In this document: in pieces, positions 60,407 through 64,000 of the stretch
Layout: each line of letters begins with the position of its first letter
Numbering within the stretch: the stretch's first letter is position 1
Assembly: GCA_009469675.1 (NCBI GenBank)
Contig: SSSZ01000048.1
Coordinates: 10,570 to 74,569 of the forward strand
Length of the DNA: 64,000 nt
Reading direction: 5' to 3'
DNA from: Azonexaceae bacterium
Lineage (GTDB): Bacteria; Pseudomonadota; Gammaproteobacteria; Burkholderiales; Rhodocyclaceae
Made by a program: the position numbers and the translations under genes
Notes under the pieces: generated by a model
Database searches by the model: none
What the model was told of the DNA's origin: nothing
The model's input: only the letters and a program-made list of their open reading frames with translations

Positions 60407-61063
60407 TCATGCCATTCGGATTGGATCAGCTTCGATCAATTCTGGTGCCGGCGGACGCAAAAGCCCAAAGATTTCACTACCTGCTCCGCTCAACCACTGC
60501 TCAAGGTTGCATGCCTCGACGGCAACCACGCTCCGCTTGTCCTGCTGATCCGGTGGCAATTTCGGATCAGGCTTGTGCATCCGGCTCATGTACGGATGGT
60601 CATCAGCGTTCACGGTCAGCATGGTGTAGCTCTCCACTATCTCGCCGGAGCGCCGATCCACCCAGGTATTCCAGAGCCCTGCCAAGCCCCATGGAAGACG
60701 GTCAGCACGCCGGAACCGCCACCAGACATTCTTGCCCGTCTCCCAACACGGTTCGTCGAAGGACATGGCCGGAATGATGCACCGCTGCCCTTGGCGCCAG
60801 GCATCCCGGAACGTGGGTTTTGCTGCGGCCTCCTCGGATCGGCAGTTGTTCGTGGCGTATTTCAGCGTCGGTGTTTTCGACCACGATGGAATCAGGCCCC
60901 AGGTGCCGACAACGAGGCGCAGCTTGCCGGATGCATCGAGGCGAAGGAATGGTGCTTGGGAGCGCGGGAAGACCTCCGATGCCCATTTGGGCTGATTGTG
61001 CCGGCCGATATGCCAGGCGCGTTCAATGGCGGCCTGATCTGGGGTGATGTAGCGGGTACACAT
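60407..61063 (-). CDS. SOS response-associated peptidase (SRAP / YedK / DUF159)
   Basis: ORF track 60407..61114. The true start is inferred at MCTRY (the catalytic Cys2 must follow the initiator Met). Motifs WGLIPSW, RCIIPAMSF-EP and AGLWNTW. Confidence 0.88.
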   Translation of the reverse strand: MCTRYITPDQAAIERAWHIGRHNQPKWASEVFPRSQAPFLRLDASGKLRLVVGTWGLIPSWSKTPTLKYATNNCRSEEAAAKPTFRDAWRQGQRCIIPAMSFDEPCWETGKNVWWRFRRADRLPWGLAGLWNTWVDRRSGEIVESYTMLTVNADDHPYMSRMHKPDPKLPPDQQDKRSVVAVEACNLEQWLSGAGSEIFGLLRPPAPELIEADPIRMA

Positions 61064-61264
61064 GCCCAAAGCGTACATACCCACCTCCGGGCTGGCAACT
61101 TTGCAGCGGTTCAAATTCTGGCCGTAACACGGCGCGTAATTTGTGCGGCGCCGCCCATGGCAGTGGTGACAGCCTCCGCCCTGCTTGCAATCACGGCGCC
61201 CGGTTGCTGTCAGTGGGTGCTACGTCGCACTGGGCCAGGAGTGCCCAGCGCCCGGAGAAGCATC

Positions 61265-61286
61265 CCTGGTGCCGGCGATCACCAGG
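61265..61286 (-). terminator. weak hairpin CCTGGTG-ccggcgat-CACCAGG about 20 nt downstream of the 62-aa ORF
   Basis: Read directly. 7-bp stem. On the minus strand only a poor U-tract follows. Confidence 0.3.
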
Positions 61287-61305
61287 CCGGTGCCCGGCAA
61301 GGGGC

Positions 61306-61494
61306 TTAATCGGCGAATTCGGCGCGCATGGCGGCAACTACATCGGTTGCCTTGTGCTGCGGCAATTCCAACAGGGCACCGGGCTGGTATTTCTTGCCGT
61401 CCACATAGCACTCCCGCACGATGCGGATCTTGCAGGGAGCCATTGGCTGTTCGTACGGCATGCGCAGGACGGCGGGGCGACTCTGAGAGAACAT
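61306..61494 (-). CDS. 62-aa hypothetical protein translationally coupled to the capsid gene
   Basis: ORF track 61306..61500 (GTG). ATG 61494 is preferred because TAAGGAG lies 7 nt upstream, where TAA is the capsid stop. No family recognised. Confidence 0.55.
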   Translation of the reverse strand: MFSQSRPAVLRMPYEQPMAPCKIRIVRECYVDGKKYQPGALLELPQHKATDVVAAMRAEFAD

Positions 61495-61503
61495 GGCCAC
61501 TCC

Positions 61504-62604
61504 TTAAGTAATCGAACTCGAAGAGACCCAGGCGGCCGGCGTCTGGATCGCCACGTCGACATCGAGGACCAGGCGTGCGTCTACGGTCAGGCTCTTGAAC
61601 CCGCTGGGGTCGAAGGGATTGATCTCGATACGCGGATTTCCCCAAATCGGCAGCAATAGATTGCTCCAGGGGCCGGAAATCATGGTGGCGGCGGGCATCA
61701 GGGTACTAGCGAAAGCGCCCCGGCCGGCCAGACGGTTTTCAGCGCCGTTACAGGACCAGAGCGCGCCGCTGCCGGTGGCGATCTCCCGCGTCCGAAGCAG
61801 CTTGCGAACGGCCGGGGTGGTGAGATACGCGAAACTCTCATCGTCGCCGTTGTTATCCGCACAGGTTTGTTCCATCGCAAGGGCTGCGGACGCACCGAAC
61901 GATGCGCCGGGTTGAGTGCCGAGTCCTGCCGTATTCAAGATGCCAGTCGGCTGGCCAGAGGCGCCGGTTCCAGAAATGACCGCCTGATCGATCATCTGGC
62001 CGATGGTTTTCAGCAATTCACGCTGAATCGTGGCGTCGGCGATTTCGCTTTGCACGTTCAATTGCCTTGAGAACCGGATTAAGGCCGCGGCCGACTTGCG
62101 GGACATGCTGATTTGCGCAAGAGTCGGTTGGCTCGGGGTAATTGTCGCCGTTTCGGAAGCCAGCCAGTTACCCGTCGTTGCGGCCGTCGTTTTCGGGATC
62201 GACAGGGGGCCATCCTTTTCCGCTGCCGGAATAACGGTAACGCCGCACCTGGCGGAAATCGACCAGGGCCGCAGGATGTCCCGAACATCGGACCGGATCG
62301 TTCCGACCAGATAGCCTCCGGCAGAGCCGCCGCCGACCGACAAGTCGCGGTTCAGCGTGTCCGGGCGGGCGGTGGGGTCGGCGATCAGTGCAAGCGGGAT
62401 ACCTTGCCGCTGAGGGTCGTACCCAAGGGGTGATGACCGGGATATCTCGGTCATGACTTCACGCTCATAACCGTCGAGACGGCTTCCGTCGAAGGACATT
62501 GCAGCGAGAAGTCGGGAAAAGCTGAAAGCCCGGGGGGCGCGGGCGGATCGCTCAGAGGCGACCCGAGACGCTGCGGGGCTGTGGTTTCGGAATACAGCGG
62601 CCAT
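61504..62604 (-). CDS. phage major capsid protein, HK97 family
   Basis: ORF track 61504..62634. ATG 62604 is preferred (AAGGA 8 nt upstream). AALIRFSRQLNVQSEIADATIQRELLKTIGQMIDQAVISGTGASGQPTGIL aligns by eye with the HK97 gp5 region [50 protein letters not shown]. Confidence 0.85.
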   Translation of the reverse strand: MAAVFRNHSPAASRVASERSARAPRAFSFSRLLAAMSFDGSRLDGYEREVMTEISRSSPLGYDPQRQGIPLALIADPTARPDTLNRDLSVGGGSAGGYLVGTIRSDVRDILRPWSISARCGVTVIPAAEKDGPLSIPKTTAATTGNWLASETATITPSQPTLAQISMSRKSAAALIRFSRQLNVQSEIADATIQRELLKTIGQMIDQAVISGTGASGQPTGILNTAGLGTQPGASFGASAALAMEQTCADNNGDDESFAYLTTPAVRKLLRTREIATGSGALWSCNGAENRLAGRGAFASTLMPAATMISGPWSNLLLPIWGNPRIEINPFDPSGFKSLTVDARLVLDVDVAIQTPAAWVSSSSIT

Positions 62605-62672
62605 GGTTATGATCCTTTGGTGGTTGGTTGCCATGCCATTGGGCCGGAATTCGCGGGAAACAGGCGGGCCGA

Positions 62673-63083
62673 TTACTTCCCGGCCAGGATGTTGCAGTAT
62701 TGCCGGCGAGACAGGTTCATTTGCGCCCCGCTTTGGGCCGCAAAAAACAACGCCCCATCGAGCGGCGAGCAGCCTTCCGGCGGGGCGGGAAGGGCCTTCC
62801 AGAGGTGCCAGCGATGGCGCAGGAAGACGATCACCGCCCTCCGCAGTTCCGCGGCACGATCACCGGCGGCCAATTCCTCCCCGGCCAGGCGGAGCCAGTA
62901 GTCGCGTGCAGCAATCGCTGCCCGCCCCCTGGTTGCAGGAAGACGAAGGAAGGCCGGCAAGCGGGCCGCCTCTCCTCCATGAACCCACCAGCGCCGGATG
63001 CCGTCGGCCAACCACCGCCGGCTCTCGTCGTCCAATTCCCCGGTGGCGGCGATGCGAGCAGCGAGAAGTATGGCGTCGGCCAT
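62673..63083 (-). CDS. 136-aa hypothetical protein (Arg/Trp/Ala-rich, helical)
   Basis: ORF track 136 aa, co-oriented between the HTH gene and the capsid gene. No motif that I can assign with confidence. Confidence 0.5.
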   Translation of the reverse strand: MADAILLAARIAATGELDDESRRWLADGIRRWWVHGGEAARLPAFLRLPATRGRAAIAARDYWLRLAGEELAAGDRAAELRRAVIVFLRHRWHLWKALPAPPEGCSPLDGALFFAAQSGAQMNLSRRQYCNILAGK

Positions 63084-63121
63084 TTCGCCAGGGGCGTGAG
63101 TAGATAGAAGCCCGCCCCGTC

Positions 63122-63712
63122 CTATTTAGCCTCATCGCACTCGCCGAGCTCAGACAGCAATACGTCGATTTCGGCGGCTAGCTTGGCGAACTCGGGGGAG
63201 GCTGGGGGGTGAAGGTCGGGGTTAAGGTCGTACTGCTTGTCGCTGCCAAATATGACCATGTAGCCATTGAGCAGATGGGCGGCCAGGCGCTGAGATTGAG
63301 CGCCATCGATGGCAAGGCCGGCGTCGGCGGAACATGCGGCGATCAGGATCGGTCGGAAAAAGTAACGCGGAACGAGTCGGGTGATTGCCATTTCGCTTGC
63401 TTGGATCGCTATCCACTCGCTCGTGTCTCCGTGGTCTGCAAAGCGGGCGGGCATTTTTTCCAGATCCGAGTCGTGCCAAAGCGGGCCACCATCTCCTTTG
63501 GCATGCGGTACGGCATCAGGCCGCGCACGCTTCTCGTCCTGTACGCCGGGATTGCCGTCGACGCGCCACTCCTTCCGCCGTGCAGAATCGAGGTTCTTGT
63601 CCCGCCAGCGCCTGGCGGCTTCTACGCTATGCGTGGGCATGCCCCTATCTTTCAGCTTGTAGCCCATGGCCAAGCTGATACCCAAGGCTTCCGTCAGGTC
63701 TTTCATTATCAT
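63122..63712 (-). CDS. HTH DNA-binding protein resembling a phage terminase small subunit N-terminus
   Basis: ORF track 196 aa. MKDLTEALGISLAMGYKLKDRGMPTHSVEAARRWRDKNL resembles the HTH typical of TerS or phage DNA-binding proteins. The C-terminal two thirds are unassigned. Confidence 0.5.
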   Translation of the reverse strand: MIMKDLTEALGISLAMGYKLKDRGMPTHSVEAARRWRDKNLDSARRKEWRVDGNPGVQDEKRARPDAVPHAKGDGGPLWHDSDLEKMPARFADHGDTSEWIAIQASEMAITRLVPRYFFRPILIAACSADAGLAIDGAQSQRLAAHLLNGYMVIFGSDKQYDLNPDLHPPASPEFAKLAAEIDVLLSELGECDEAK

Positions 63713-63821
63713 AGTAGAAACCTATTACCTACATTCAACCTACGCAAATGTTTCTATGACTAGGCCGCAAGTGGGGTGCGAATGACCCGTGATGGAAAGT
63801 GCCAGGGAGGACCCGCGATAT

Positions 63822-63998
63822 TCACCGGGCGCTCCTCATGGCTTCGTCAAATGCCACACCGAATTGAATTGGCCACTCGTGTTCGACGATTGCCATGGCC
63901 TTGTCCTTGAAGTTGAAGCGTGGTCTGTACTTCGCCAGCCTATCCGGGAAGACGATGAGCGGAATCAGTTGGCGCCTGCTCGCCGATAACTGCACGCG
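63822..63998 (-). CDS. 3' end (58 codons) of a minus-strand ORF that starts beyond the window
   Basis: My translation reads ...RVQLSASRRQLIPLIVFPDRLAKYRPRFNFKDKAMAIVEHEWPIQFGVAFDEAMRSAR*, with stop TGA at 63822-63824. It is co-oriented with the island genes. Function unknown. Confidence 0.4.
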   Translation of the reverse strand, partial: RVQLSASRRQLIPLIVFPDRLAKYRPRFNFKDKAMAIVEHEWPIQFGVAFDEAMRSAR

Positions 63999-64000
63999 CT

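Larger units (their letters stand above)
60260..64000 (-). mobile_element. phage-derived island (partial, continues past the window end): candidate capsid-bearing satellite or cryptic prophage remnant
   Basis: Five co-oriented minus-strand ORFs with phage-type content (TerS-like HTH, HK97 capsid) plus SRAP. Visibly AT-richer flanks at 60260-60400 and 63713-63790, in contrast with the GC-rich core. No integrase is visible in the window. Confidence 0.65.

Noticed and set aside
60390-60414. tRNA-like 3' fragment AACGGTTCGATCCCGTA-TCATGCC-A (T-arm plus acceptor-like) at the left edge of the island, considered as an att site
   Set aside because: No matching 5' acceptor strand (GGCATGA) or anticodon arm lies upstream. 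One T-stem pair is mismatched. The acceptor-like part is the SRAP stop region. The orientation is also wrong for a displaced tRNA 3' end if the island lies to its right. It may still be worth a BLAST against the genome's tRNAs.
61157-61172. Possible LexA box upstream of the SRAP gene (minus strand CTGTCACCACTGCCAT)
   Set aside because: It has the CTGT half-site, but the second half is CCAT rather than ACAG. No other CTGT-N8-ACAG was seen in 61064-61305.
61504-62604. Interpretation of the HK97-fold gene as an encapsulin shell protein
   Set aside because: The sequence shows the phage Phage_capsid-type central motifs (SRQL...QS, GTGxxGQPxGIL). It is flanked by a TerS-like HTH gene rather than a cargo enzyme. 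It lacks the encapsulin N-terminal pattern I know. This is not fully excluded without structure or profile comparison.

Overview
This is a GC-rich chromosomal segment. Gene content and order suggest a betaproteobacterium, possibly Rhodocyclales-like, but that is inference only. About 60 kb is tightly packed core genome. From left to right it contains: (1) a PEP/pyruvate-node cluster: ppsA (open at the left edge), a GntR/LldR-like regulator with two ATTGGT-N3-ACCAAT operators, lutA-lutC-lutB, a Dld-II-type FAD/Fe-S D-lactate dehydrogenase, usp, ppc, an ankyrin-repeat lipoprotein and ppsR. (2) The conserved minus-strand supercluster rpsB-tsf-pyrH-frr-uppS-cdsA-dxr-rseP-bamA-skp-lpxD-fabZ-lpxA-lpxB-rnhB-(membrane protein)-trmH-like. 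(3) rmlD, map and glnD. (4) smc-zipA-ligA-galU-hpt-methyltransferase-MTAP. (5) queF and a deaminase, then a substrate-binding protein (SBP) next to a sensor-like membrane protein that lacks an output domain. (6) dapC-dapD-(PilU-like ATPase)-dapE-prmB. (7) A norE/norF-like pair, modA translationally coupled to chrA, and pgm. I saw no rRNA, intact tRNA or CRISPR array. The clearly accessory part is the last ~3.7 kb (about 60260-64000, cut by the window edge). It is a phage-derived island with AT-rich flanks. It carries a TerS-like HTH protein, a 136-aa unknown, an HK97-family major capsid gene with no portal, protease or large terminase next to it, a tightly coupled 62-aa ORF and an SRAP peptidase. 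I consider this a candidate capsid-bearing satellite or a cryptic phage remnant, and it is the best lead here. Other points of interest are a ~430-bp nested palindromic intergenic element, a dispersed repeat that begins exactly at two stop codons, a (GGGGGC)4 tract encoding poly-proline, and the modA-chrA coupling. Start codons were chosen by eye (homology, RBS) and may be off. All family assignments are from motif recognition, not searches.
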